Shown one piece after another: positions 12,070-24,551 of a DNA stretch of 64,000 nt. The notes beneath the pieces were generated by a model. That model worked only from the letters and a program-made list of their open reading frames with translations, did no database searches and was not told the DNA's origin. The first letter of the stretch is position 1, and each line of letters begins with the position of its first letter. The translations under genes and the position numbers were made by a program. The stretch lies in the NCBI GenBank assembly GCA_004022145.1, contig RCNU01000002.1; one strand, given 5' to 3'. This DNA is from Paecilomyces variotii. Its lineage: Eukaryota.

Positions 12070-13500
12070 TTGCAATATCTACGAGACATTCATATCTCGA
12101 GCACGGAGTCGCCTTTACAAGCTTCAATCTCTACGTCTTTCAATAACCTTGAAAAGATTCGCGATCGCATATACCATAACCTCTACCGATCTTTCCAGAT
12201 GGATGAAAGCTTCGACAGAAAGTCCATTCCGCGTACTGTTCGAAATACAATACGTTATGGTGAGTGGCATTTTGCATCTGGCCTTCGGATAATTCGAAAG
12301 CATATGTCTTTGATTGTACCTGATAGCAAACGTGCTAACTTGTCTCGATTAGCCTCACCCGGAGGCGGCTGCATCATCATGTAAAGAAGGAACCCTACTA
12401 GAAATACAGTAAGGGATGATTTGGCCCTCTGGGTGTCGCAAGTGCTGGGCACTCGGCTCCAGCAAGTTCCGACTCTGCTCTGTTACATACCTACTATCCA
12501 AGATCAAGTTTATGGAGTCACGATCATTCCTACACCATGCAGTCGAATAATATACGAAAGATATGCGTATTCCGAGACTCGGTCGATTAAGGGCGGCTTG
12601 TCGATATGCTGGAGAGTGTCAATGGATTATTTCACCTACCACGCATGAACTACGGTTTTTGGCGCACGCCTGTTTCCGGTTGTTTTACCAAATACCACTT
12701 CGGAGAACGAGGGAATTGAAGTCAAGGCCATGGGTTTCATCTTCTCTTGCTGTATGAAGCCGCAAAGGATCGGGATGTTGTGAGCATCTCTCTATTGGAC
12801 CTGTCGCTGGTGAGAGATGAAGGGAAAGACGGCTATCAGAGAGCATGCAATAAGAGCTTTGAAATATCGACCTACGTATTCAATTATCTTCCCAAAGACG
12901 GCTCTCCGGCGACTCAATCTCTGCATTCGATATACTTCTCTCTTTGAGTACTGCCTACGGATCGCTACTCCACTCTGATAACAACCATTCCTCACTATGC
13001 ATACTTTCCTTTTCAAATAGTATCGTCTTATCTCACATTTTCTTATCCTCCTTTTCCTATTACGCGCTTCCTTCGATCGGAGGCTGGGACTGCGTTGCTC
13101 CAACAATGAGAATCAGGTCTGCTAGTGTGAGCAGGAAAACTCGCATAGTTTAGCAAGATAGAGCAAAGAATGAGAACCAATCTGCAATATTTCTGCTCGA
13201 GTATGGCTATCATGGAAAAAAGTTACATATGTAGAAGCGATATAAGCGGAGTATCACAGACTGAGACAGTAATAGAGAAGGCTGCAGAGTTTCAACAAGG
13301 CCTCCAAATGGCCCTTTGCTTGCCGCCGGTCTCTACGGCGTTCAGGTGGGAGCGAATATACTCTTTTAGACTCAGCCTATAATAACTGATACATTCACCC
13401 GGTCTGCTGCAATGCGGTAGGCTCCAAGTCGAAGGCAATGTGGCTGTGATCATCGATGTGAAGAAGCAGGTCATTGCCCGGCGCTAAACCAGGGACATTT
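12070..13500 (+). pseudogene. Possible degenerate gene remnant (uncertain)
   Basis: Short protein-like ORF fragments separated by stops, one intron-like GTGAGT...CTAAC...TAG segment near 12260-12351; no recognisable domain. Confidence 0.2.
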
Positions 13501-14320
13501 ATTGGACGCACGTTGATACTTCCTGATAGCTCTATTTCAACATCTCTTTCCTGTGAGGTCTTTTGATGGATCGCTATGCGCTACCGCACAGATCCGGTGA
13601 GATTCGAGAATTTGACGCCATTGATTTTGTTGACTCCGTCATTGGGGATCGCCAATTCTATTCCGTGATCCCGTCTTCACGAGGGTCTTCTTTTCTTGTA
13701 CATACGTAGTTCTCCATTGTGGACACGGTCTATATGGCCCACAGCCACAATGGGCATCCGGTCTGGTGTCTATCATGCGGATGTTTTCCGATTGAAGGCA
13801 GCAGTAGCCTTCAAATACATAGATAGCTGGAAACCTTGCCTTCTAAAGGCGCCACACCTAAATGACGCACACGCAGGGCACCTGCAGGGTTCAATGCCAG
13901 CAAGCTGAGACCGAGGACGGACCAAAAAATAGTGATGCGCCGGTTCGAAAATTCGTGAAACGCTTGCCAAGATTAATTATGCGAACCTAGCCTCGACTGA
14001 GGTCAAATAACAGCAGACAAATGGGTTTCTTCAAATATTTGACACAGGAGCGGCCAAGTCGCTGTTCACTGGGGGTCTTAAAAAGTCGGCTTCTGCGACC
14101 ATGCCTTAATCAAAAGTGATTGCCACAATGCTAAGTAAACGATAACCGAGCTGATTGAGAATTTCCGTAGTTCTGCTATTAAGTAGACGCCCGCTCTCCT
14201 GCAGGGATCTAACTTTGGAATCTGCAGCTAATTAATACAGGGCGCTTCTATACGATTGATCATAGAGGCGGACACCTGCAAGGCTGCAAGTCGCAACCGA
14301 GTCGTCATGGCAAACCACGC

Positions 14321-14342
14321 AAAAAAAAAAAAAAAAAAAAAA
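14321..14342 (+). repeat. Poly(A) tract, 22 nt
   Basis: Homopolymer read directly, just upstream of a TATAAA and the 14499 ORF. Confidence 0.9.
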
Positions 14343-14498
14343 TGCTGGAATGGCTGCCTAACAGTATAAAGTGGTCAGGTATTCTTACCTCTTTCCCGCG
14401 TACGATATGGGTCTTTTACCTGAGTCTGATCCGTACAACAACTTATCGAATGCCTATACGGAAACATCTGTGACCACGAAAAAATCAGATGTCGACAT

Positions 14499-16253
14499 AT
14501 GACTATCTCATCGTTCCAAGTCAACTGCCCTCTACCAGATAATATTACCAATTATGTGTCGGGTCCCGATACAAGAGGAACGCTGGACATTCTCTGGAGT
14601 TCTATTAGCATCCTTCTACTCTGCACCTGGTCCGTTCAACACCTCAGTGTTCCGCTACAATTCCTTCCCCTGTCTCGCGAGGATGGAAAACACAAGCGAC
14701 AATGGTGGAAGTTTCGACTTGCCGATCACCAGGAGATGAACCGCAAGATCTATCTCTTCTTTCGCAAATTCAAATGGCTAACGGTCAATATGATCGTACC
14801 CGAGTTTATCCTTGCTCTGGCACTTTCAGATTGGGTTCTTGCCAAAAAGTACTTGGCAGAATTTGAACCTTGGGCTAAGCATGATGGTGTTGAATGGTCG
14901 CTGGCCCATACATATTTTGCCAATATGGGAGGTTTTCTGATTCGCTTTAGAGACGACGGTAAGGATCATGATGTGTCAGAGGAACAAACCTCCGAAACAT
15001 CTGAAGGACAGTCAGAGATAAGGGTGAGCGGGGTGTCTGTCGAGCAGGATGTTGAAGCTGGTGTGCGGATGAGCCGCAGAAGCAGCATAGAGACGGACAA
15101 CATCACACTCCAGAGCGAATCGCAGGTGACAGCAATCGAACCAGATGTCCCACATGTTATAGTATGCCCGAAAAACAATTCCCCGGCGTCTGAAAGATCT
15201 CATTCGTCCAATACAACTTCTGAAGAAGGAGCCCACCAAAAAGAGCGAGGTGATCTTATCAGCTACCTGAACAGCTCGAGGCTTTGGATCGATCAACACG
15301 AAAAGAATATGGTTCTGTGGCAGAGGTATCTTGGACTCGATTGGCAGGTTGATGAACAGAATCAAAAGGCCATGCGACTCGCTATGCAGGGGGATAACTC
15401 AGAGCACTCGGGAGAACGGTTGCTACTATGGTACTCCAATATCCGAGTACTTCAAGGCACCGTCTGGTATGTCGACGCTCCGCAACTGCTCCTCGCGCGC
15501 GAGATTGGCTTGATCAATAAGCTCCCCGTACTTTCTACTGCTCAGCTCGATGACCAGAACAAAGACAGTTTCCTGGTGCGATCAATCGCTCTAGCACAGG
15601 TCTTGTGGCTCGTCATAGAAGTGATAGTCCGACACACTCAAGGACTACCAGTGGCACAAGTCGAAGTCGTTACGCTCGCATTTTCCGCCTGTTCCTTATT
15701 TACCTATTTGCTGCTGTGGAACAAGCCGCAGGACGTGCAAGTGGCCACTGAAACCACTGCTGCCCGTCGACCAGAGGTCCATGAAATCAAATCAATAGCT
15801 GCAGCTGCCCCTGCAACCTTTGGCCCATATCGAAACATGCCTTTCATGGCAGGAAATGCGATCCACAACCACGGCGAGATAGAATATGGCTTCCAGACTG
15901 GTCTAATACTAGGCGGGACCCTTTTCGGTGGGCTCCATTGTCTTTCTTGGAACTCGCACTTTCCAACGTCCGCGGAACGGATCTTGTGGAGGGTTTGCTG
16001 TCTCATCGTCACAGCAGGTCCCACTATGATTGGCTTGGTTTGGAATGGTCTAGCTGCTTTACTCCGCTTGTTGCCTCGGATGGCATCGAAATGGCGCCAT
16101 GTGGCCATTTCGGTCTTTGCCCACATTTGTGCCTTGATGTACCTTGCGGCACGAGTATATCTGACTGTTGAAATGCTGCGTGCGCTAGCGTTTTCACCGC
16201 CAGATACCTTTCTCCAAGTCGACTGGTCTCGATACTTGCCTCATTGGATGTGA
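14499..16253 (+). CDS. Uncharacterised fungal multi-pass membrane protein (584 aa, intronless)
   Basis: Family-like motifs RGTLDILWSS..CTWSVQHLSVP, PEFIL, WSLAHTYFANMGGF, WNKPQDV, FGGLHCLSWNSHFPT..ERILWR, YLAARVYL.VE, VDWSRYLPH; several hydrophobic helices. Confidence 0.85.
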   Translation: MTISSFQVNCPLPDNITNYVSGPDTRGTLDILWSSISILLLCTWSVQHLSVPLQFLPLSREDGKHKRQWWKFRLADHQEMNRKIYLFFRKFKWLTVNMIVPEFILALALSDWVLAKKYLAEFEPWAKHDGVEWSLAHTYFANMGGFLIRFRDDGKDHDVSEEQTSETSEGQSEIRVSGVSVEQDVEAGVRMSRRSSIETDNITLQSESQVTAIEPDVPHVIVCPKNNSPASERSHSSNTTSEEGAHQKERGDLISYLNSSRLWIDQHEKNMVLWQRYLGLDWQVDEQNQKAMRLAMQGDNSEHSGERLLLWYSNIRVLQGTVWYVDAPQLLLAREIGLINKLPVLSTAQLDDQNKDSFLVRSIALAQVLWLVIEVIVRHTQGLPVAQVEVVTLAFSACSLFTYLLLWNKPQDVQVATETTAARRPEVHEIKSIAAAAPATFGPYRNMPFMAGNAIHNHGEIEYGFQTGLILGGTLFGGLHCLSWNSHFPTSAERILWRVCCLIVTAGPTMIGLVWNGLAALLRLLPRMASKWRHVAISVFAHICALMYLAARVYLTVEMLRALAFSPPDTFLQVDWSRYLPHWM

Positions 16254-16608
16254 TAAGAAACGATTATTACGATTATTCTTGACGATGATGCTATATCGGT
16301 ATACCAATTAATTGATCGTCCAAGGAGAAAGAGTATGTTATGCCATTCTACGGCTAGTAGTATTCATGGAGGCATGAGAGAGGGGACTTTGGGTTGCTAG
16401 GAGGAACGAGAAGAATATTTATTTCATGACGTCTATTGTGATTCTACTGTGCAACACACGCTTTCAACATTCCGGGCCCAACCCTGAGCCAAAAACAGAA
16501 CAGAGATACATACTTCATAGAAGTCCCACTAGCAATAAGCCATCTTAAGAAGATGCTAAGTGGCTCGTGTATATTCGTATTGACGTCTTAACACATCATT
16601 CTGAACGC

Positions 16609-18745
16609 TTAAGAGGCAGTCTTTGTGCGAATTTCCGCCACTTTGGCAATATCATCTGCACTTGGTTCTTTCAGTGCTGCTTCTTCAATATCAAACACAT
16701 CTGCAAGCGTCTCTTCGACTTGCTCAATCAACAGAGATATAAGGCCGACAGAACGTGCCATTCCGATCTCACACAGCTCCTCTCCAATTGCAGATTCAAT
16801 CCGGCCGTCACCGCCCATTTTAGACAGATCGCTCTCGAATGCTCGACAGAGAGACTTTAAGGGCCCCAGGAACTTGTTTTGGAAATAGGGGTATGTCTTT
16901 TCGAGCTCGAGGAGCTGGCGGAGCTTTGGTGAAGAGAGCAACACATAATAGAGACTTAGGGAAGCATGTATTGAGGGCGCAAGAGATTGAGAAAATCTTA
17001 ACCACGAGGCGACAATTCCAGACGTAGTATCGAGTGATAACTCGCCCGAGTTGAATAATAGTGGGAAGAGAACGGAGAAGTAGTGCGGATCTGCGAAGAC
17101 TTGAGGATCTGGGAAAGAGACGGTGGTTTTTCCTGCCGTGCCACCTTCCATATCTGCAGTAGACGACAGTATTTCATCTTTCAGCCATCCGATTGCACTA
17201 TCCCTTGCGAAAAGCAGGTTCTCCTTCTCTAGAGCTCTGCGAATGATCTTAAACCGGGAGGTTGATGAGGGGTGACTATGTACGACAACAGCCGGGATGC
17301 GTCGGATAGTATTGTAGATCTGATGAGATGTGCACGCCGTCAATGTGAGCACAAAGTCCTCATATTCCTGATCGACTGCGATACTCTGAGGTATATTCTC
17401 AGTTGAAATGATCGTGAGAGTGAGGAGTGCATCCAAGAGCACCTGCGGTTGTTCGATATTCACTCCCTCAGTAGCGGTCGGCTTGCCGATAAAATTGAAG
17501 AATATACGAGCAAGATCGGGAAACACTGGAATTTGCACAACTTCCTGGCCTGAGGAAAATATCTTCTTGTTTGCGACCCGCGCCGCCAGTAACAGCAATG
17601 ATCCATGTCTCTCCAGTGATATCTCGTCGGCTGATTTAGGAATCTCTTCGAAGTCGAGCAATGGTGGCTGTTCCTCGGGTGGTATAGAGATAATGCGTAG
17701 CAATTGCTGGTCGTCAATTCCGAAGTCTCGTGATAGTGCCTGCAGAACGTTCCGTAAGCAATGAAGCACAGACACAGACGAAATACCGTGGTCTTACCGT
17801 GATCTTTCCCAGTATCATATCCCTCTCCCGCAGAGCTTTCGAGCTGGCATAATGTTCCGTCTTAGTCAAAAGCGATGGTATGCGAGACTCGGGGTGCAAT
17901 TTTTCGTGTAATCGTATAGCCCAGCACATTCCCGACTCAGCTGAATTCGTAAGGCTCAGCATGCAGGCCTTCAATAGTTCTATCAACCCGAATTGTAGAA
18001 GCTTCTTAAGCAATGCCTGTTCATCCGATGTCGATGGATGGCTGTGCGTCTCGGCTTCCGGATCAGGAGCAGAGGCTTGTGAAACTCTGATGAGAGAGGA
18101 TTCACTCGCCGCCCGAGGTGGCAGCGCGGGCCGCTTCAGCGGCGACACATCTCTGAAGAACTCCAGAAGAGCAGTAGTCGTTTCATTGGTGGGCATCAAT
18201 GTATATGCCTCCAAAGTTGCCTGTAACGATGTTGCCAGGAACCGACTAGGATATGTTGTCTTAATGCGGGAATGGAGGACGGATAGCATAGCCAGAAGGC
18301 AATTGAACTGCATGACGAAGCGCGGAAGCTTCCTCGTGCCAGTGTCCGATTCATCGTCACTTTCAATTGCAGTATCTTCGAGATCTTGTTCTAACTTTTC
18401 AACATCCTCTAATCTATTATCGCTCTCTTCCAGCTGATCCTGGGTCTCTTCGTCATCCTCCCCCGGCTGCAGCTTCATCAGAGCATCCGAGACTCTGAGA
18501 ATAACCTCTCGAGGATTCCCTAGTCTTGCGACATCCTGAAGACAGTCCTGCGACTGTGGAAGCATAGGAAGCAGCAACTGGACCAGGTCCCAGCCAATGT
18601 TTGTGGTCAACGTTTCATCCTGCAGGAGCTTGTGCAGCAGCGGGAGTCGGGCGGGGGTCAATTGGTATTCGAGGAGAGTCAGGTAGGTCAAATAGTCAGT
18701 CGCTGGAGGCAGTGCCTTGACCAAAGGGTCTTCTTCATCCGCCAT
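16609..18745 (-). CDS. YAP-binding/ALF4/glomulin family protein (Ybp1-like)
   Basis: Exons 18745-17798 and 17739-16609; N-terminal LPPATDYLTYLTLLEYQL..IGWDLVQLLLP..ARLGNPRE..SRIKTTYPSRFLATSL. Confidence 0.8.
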
Positions 18746-19753
18746 GGCTGCAGCATTCAGGGGAGTCCAAGTTATAATAGGACAAGCTGGCTCCTGTTGA
18801 TGATGATTTCCATGGAGGTTCTGGCAACGTGGAGATGGAAATGCGGGGGGACTGCCTGGTCCTGTGATAAGCAAGTATCACCGGCAGAATCAAGCCGCCT
18901 TTATCTATCTGCCACGTGCATCTTTCCTGGAAGTGAAAGCTAAGAAGTTGTTAAGCTACTACTTTATTATTAACGATCATTGTTTTGTCAACTAGCAATG
19001 CTAGATAGCATTCCACATGGCACATATACTCTGGATCTATCAGAGTGCTCGTCGGACACAACCGACCGCCCTAGTCTCGTTCTCTTCTGCGCCTGCTCGA
19101 GGCTAACAGTGGGAACATAACGTTAGCCTACGGGGCTCTCGACGCGCAATCGTGAGTATTTGCCAAATCCTCGATCGTCCTGTTCCTACTAATATGAAAT
19201 GGGTTGGTACGGGATAGATAATCTAGATCTCTGGCATGACCTAGTCTGAATTCCATGCGGCATTGCTGCAGTACGCTCCAGCTCAGCGATCAGCCTTCCG
19301 GTTCAGCTATGAACCACAGCAGACCAGTTTAGAAGCTACAGTGATAAAATGTCAGTTTGATATAGTCCAATCAACTATTATTGAGTGGTGGTGATTATTA
19401 TTCACGATGCACCGTTGTTCCCGTCTATACTTATCCGTGGAGACGGCGACCCCATCTTTGATACGGGGATTAGTCCCCCATCTTTGGTCTTTAATCGATA
19501 TGCGAAGTGGTCTGATTAGAACCCCGCAATCTTGTCTCCTGTCCAAAGGGCATAATAGGTTTTATATCTCCCAGAATGCCCAAGACATGCGAAGTGCGTT
19601 GCACGAAATAGCATTGGATGGCTCACAGGATCGTTGGCCAAGGAATTATCCGTACCGCAGTCAACAATACAGATACCTTCGAAAAGCTGCTTTAGACTCT
19701 TAATTTGATTGGACCACGAAATCATCATACATATACAGAATCTTTGTTCCAAG

Positions 19754-21451
19754 ATGGTCGCGCAGCTTGAGGTAAGGAGAGTTGTCTCGTCCATTGCGTC
19801 GGGTAACCGTCAAATACTTAGCCCGCTTCTAGGTTATCATCGTTGGGGCTGGCCTCGGAGGACTAGGAGCTGCGACGGCGGTACTTCTGGCCGGTCACAA
19901 GGTCTTGGTCTTGGAGTCAGCTAAAGAACTGGGTGAGGTAAGCTCATAGCACTGTACGGAGAGCTTTTTCAGTCAACATATTAATTATTTTGCGATTACC
20001 AGATTGGGGCTGGTATACAGATTCTTCCAAACGCCTCACGTATACTACGGCACTGGGGCATGGAGGAGACATGTTCCAAGCATGCCTCATGTCCTAAAAA
20101 GTGTAACATGATCAGATGGAAGGGAGAACATCTGAGCTCACTAGACTTTATCGAATCATCAAAGCGCTACGGAAGTCCCTTCTGGGACTTTCATCGTGCA
20201 GACTTGCATAGCGCCCTATTGCAGCGTGCTCTGGAACTCGGTGCTGACGTGCGTACTAATTCACGTGTCGACCAAGTAGAGCACCAATCGGACACTCCAA
20301 GAGCGACCGTCGTACTTACGGATGGCACGCGGTTCACAGCGGACTTGGTGGTAGGTGCCGATGGCATTGTCAGTCGTACTAGGGAATGCTTCCTCGGTCA
20401 TAGCGACCCTCCGACGCCCACAGGGGACTTGGCCTATCGGGTCCTCTTGGACCTCAATGAGATTGAGCTAGAGGAGGACGTTCAGAAACTGATAGAACCA
20501 AGAGAAGTTAACTATTGGATGGGCCCTGGTTGCCATGCGGTCTGTTATCTGCTTCGAGGCGGGAGGTATCTGAACAGTGAGTCTGAGATTATAGACACGA
20601 CGTCATCAGATCCATCTCTAACGGTGACAAAGTGGTCCTACTTGTCCCCGACGATATACCAGATGGTGGCGCGAGAACTGTTGAAGGAAGCGTAACCGAG
20701 ATGAGAGATTTGTTCAAGGACTGGGATCCACGGTGAGTTTGAAGTCTTCTTTGCCTGGTCTACCCAAATGAAAACTAACTCTCTAATGCCCTTAGAATCG
20801 GAAAAATCCTCGCACATTGTAAATCAGTACAGAAGTGGAAACTCTGCATTCGACATGAGCTACCAAAATGGAACCATCCATCTGGAGCATTCACCTTACT
20901 AGGTGACGCCGTGCATGCTACTTTGCCGTACTTGGCTTCTGGGTGCGTCTACTTTCTTATTTCATGACACAAGGCTAATATGCAGATAGAGCCGGGATGT
21001 CGCTTGAGGATGGCGCTGTTTTGGGAGAATGTCTCTCTCGAATAAAGAGCAAGTCTGACCTCCAGCTTGCCCTTGATGTTTATGAGGCATGCCGTAAGAA
21101 GCGTACGTCCAGGATCGTCGAACGAGGTAATCTGTAAGCTCTGACCCCATACTCCGTGTTTTGTCTATGATCGTCTCCTGACATTGCGACCAGTCAACAA
21201 TACCTGTACCATCTTCCCGATGGGCCTGAGCAAGAAGAACGGGATAGAATCATGCGTATGAACCCAACACCCCCTGGCGACCCTCTCGTGTGGCGAGACC
21301 CTGAATTGAGTCCGTGGCTTCTTGGATATGATCACATCAAAGACGTAAGTTCCACTGCCAAGGGTTAGATCATCCCAGTAAATTGACTAATGCCTACTAG
21401 GTCGATATGCGCTGGCCGAAGCCTTCCGTTTCCGAACGAAGCAACATGTAA
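19754..21451 (+). CDS. FAD-dependent monooxygenase (salicylate hydroxylase-like), multi-exon
   Basis: Splices to VIIVGAGLGGL..E IGAGIQILPNA, HRADL, DLVVGADG, GDAVHATLPYLASGAGMSLEDG, YHLPDGPEQEERD; stop TAA 21449-21451. Confidence 0.92.
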
Positions 21452-22563
21452 GGACGAGAGTAATGAGCCATGCTCATCCTACCTACTGACTTTGAGCACA
21501 TTTCAGTGCCGAGGCCGAGTAGTCTATACTGTCTTTGGGTTTCAAAATCCGCTATCTTATTTCTTAGATGCTTATGAGACCTGTATGTCTAAAATGACAG
21601 ACCCTCCTCGGTAGAATACTCGTTATTTAGTGAGTACCTAGTATGAGTCTCTGTACATATTTACGGAACCTATGTAGTCGCATATCTATACAAACTTAGA
21701 CAATGATATTTAGTCTGATTCTACGAAACGATCTACTTCTAAAGGACCCCAATTGGCTGCAACCAGACCGACTGAACCATCGACAGTTCCAGACCTAGAA
21801 CTATCTAAGCGTGCAGATCAAATGCGCACTCATATGCAGGCCTAACCTTCCTGCCACTTAAGGCAGTGGAACTAATAATGAAATGCACGGTGTAATATGC
21901 TTGATTACGTGTCTAGATCTTGTATCCCGCACTTAAGATGCTTAGCTCTAGCAGGTAACCACATACCGCCATGCCGATTTGTTTTCTTTCGTCCTCTATG
22001 TAGATAAATGTGATCGGGTTATCCCAAGGTTGCTAACTGAATAATGCAGAAAGGAACCTGATGCAGCCAGGAAACCTTTGGGCGACGGTGGTGCGGGTGT
22101 TGTTCTCTTTTACTATAATAGCTAATTTAGCTTGCTGTCTCAATCTAGACCCTACATGTTACACGATACGGGAAATATATGCTGCAGGTATCGGACCGAT
22201 GTTTCAGTTATCGAGTGTGCCCGAGTGGTCCCTACTGATCTTCTTATCAGGCACCGAAGAGCTCTCCGCTGCTACTTCCTCCGAGCCAGACTTCTCGGAC
22301 ACATGCCGACGAGGAAAGAAGAAGAAGATCACTCTTGGCTTGCAGGATCAAGATGTTGCCGTCTTACCTCTTGCGGGACTCTCGTGGCTTCTCGCCATGG
22401 ATACATAAGCTGCCATCTAACCGCTACCATGATCGGAAATGAGAAAACATGACAGCAGATTGACGTCGAGACACAAGCCAATTTTTTTCGAGTGATAATT
22501 CACACATTGTAACCTAGGAGCCGTTCAGAAAACATATTACACGGAGTCATCATACAGGAAGGA

Positions 22564-24311
22564 ATGTCAAAACCGTTTTTCATGGCTGCCCAAGAGCGGC
22601 CTCTATCGTCGGCAGTGCTTGATGATGAGAACGATGCATCGCAGTCCAAGCATAGATGGTTCTCTGGTCTCCGCCTACCCAGATACGTTATCGCGTCGAT
22701 CACTGTCGCCTGCGCGGCGATGTTATTTGGGTATAGTTTATACAAATCACTCGGTTGACAAATATCTAATAAGACAATAGGCTTGATACGGGGTGCATCG
22801 GCCCAGTAACGACTATGCCAGAATTCCTGGGATCATTTGGCCAATTTTCTTCCACGATACATGGGGCAATAGTCTCAACAATTCTAATCACTGCGTCCGT
22901 GACTTCCTTTTTTGCAGGTCACCTGTCGGAAATTCTGGGTCGAGAACGCGCTGTTATTGTTGGCACGACAGTATTCTCCTTTGGAGCTGCTATAGAAGCG
23001 GGCGCGACCTCCTTGGGTATGTTCGTTGGAGGAAGAGCGGTCAAGGGCGTCGGTGAAGGATTCTTCCTTAGCACCTTAACTGTGTATGTCTCCTCATACT
23101 CAACTTGTCGATGTGGACTAATGTAGCTGTTGCAGATATATCTGTGAGGTGTCTCCAGCTAGTAGGCGCGGGTCTCTTGCGTCACTGGTTCAGTTTCTGA
23201 CCACAATCGGGATTTGTGTTGGTTTTTTCATGTGTTATGGTACAGTGCGCATTGCTTCGTCGGTCTCATGGAGACTTCCGTCGGCAATACAGTCTGCTCT
23301 CGCTGCTATTCTCGCAGCTGCATGCTCAACCCTTCCTCCGTCTCCGTGTTGGTTGGTGAACAAGAGACGGTACACAGAGGCGTACGACGCAATGGATAAA
23401 CTTGGCTTGCCCCGTGGGGAGCTGGAACTTGACTCTGCTATCCTATCTCCCTCGTCGACAAGCTCAAGTCTTACGGATATTGAAACAATGAAAACAAATA
23501 GGTTCGCAGAGGTCTTCACTAAACCATATTGGAAGCAGACTGTCATTGGGATGTTCATGATGGTTATGTGCCAGTTCTCGGGAATAGATGGCGTGTTATA
23601 CGTACGTGTGACTTGAGCCCAGATATACCATTGCTATGAGAAGGCTAACATAAGCAGTATGCACCGACTTTGTTTAAACAAGCCGGACTCTCAAGCACAT
23701 CCAGCAGTTTCTTGGCGTCTGGCATTACCGGTATTCTTGGTGTGGTTGTGACTATTCCTGCCTCCCTTCTTGCCGACCGTTGGAATCGATGTACATCCCT
23801 GATAGCCGGCGGACTCGCGATTGGGGCATGTATGGTGGTTATTGGCTCACTTTACGCTTCTAATAGTGTGCATCCAAGCAGTGGTGCTGGTAGATGGGTC
23901 GTCATAATCAGTATCTATCTTTATACCATATTTTTCGGTATAAGCTGGGGAGTTACGATAAAGATATATTCTACAGAGGTACAACCAGCACGGACAAGGG
24001 CTGCAGCCAGCAGCTTGGGGCAAGGGGTCAATTGGGTGGCTAATTTTTTGGTCGCCTTTACCACTCCTATCTTCCTAGCCCATTCGTCTTGTGGTGCCTA
24101 CTACTTCTTTGGGTCCTGGAACTTACTGACTGCTCTTGTGTGCGTATTCTTTATGCCAGAGACTAAAGGACGGTCTCTTGAGGCGATAGAGGCCTCATTC
24201 CATCAGTCGGCAGTCAGTGATATTTTTTCCAGGTTTCTACGCAAGGATAAGCGGAGCAGCAGCGAATCTGCTGATGTTAACATTCCGGTCGAAGTTATTG
24301 AGGTGAAATAG
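22564..24311 (+). CDS. MFS sugar porter family transporter
   Basis: Three introns; LFGLDTGCIGP, VYICEVSPASRRG, SWRLP, QFSGIDGVLYYAP, FFMPETKGRSLE. Confidence 0.92.
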
Positions 24312-24551
24312 GATCTCTTGATGTCTAGTGGCAGTGATTCCTTGAAAATAGACTCATTCATAGAGTTTTCATGGTTTTAGAAATAGAGAGGCTACAACCG
24401 AGTCATTATAGACTCTCTAAAGTCAATATTAGCAGATGCCAGATTTATCAACACGGGACGGCAAAAACAGCGAGAGCATCCCGTGAAGGCAATATCACTA
24501 CTAAGAAATGAGATTCTTATTTTCGCATTATATACACATATAAGAGGAGCG

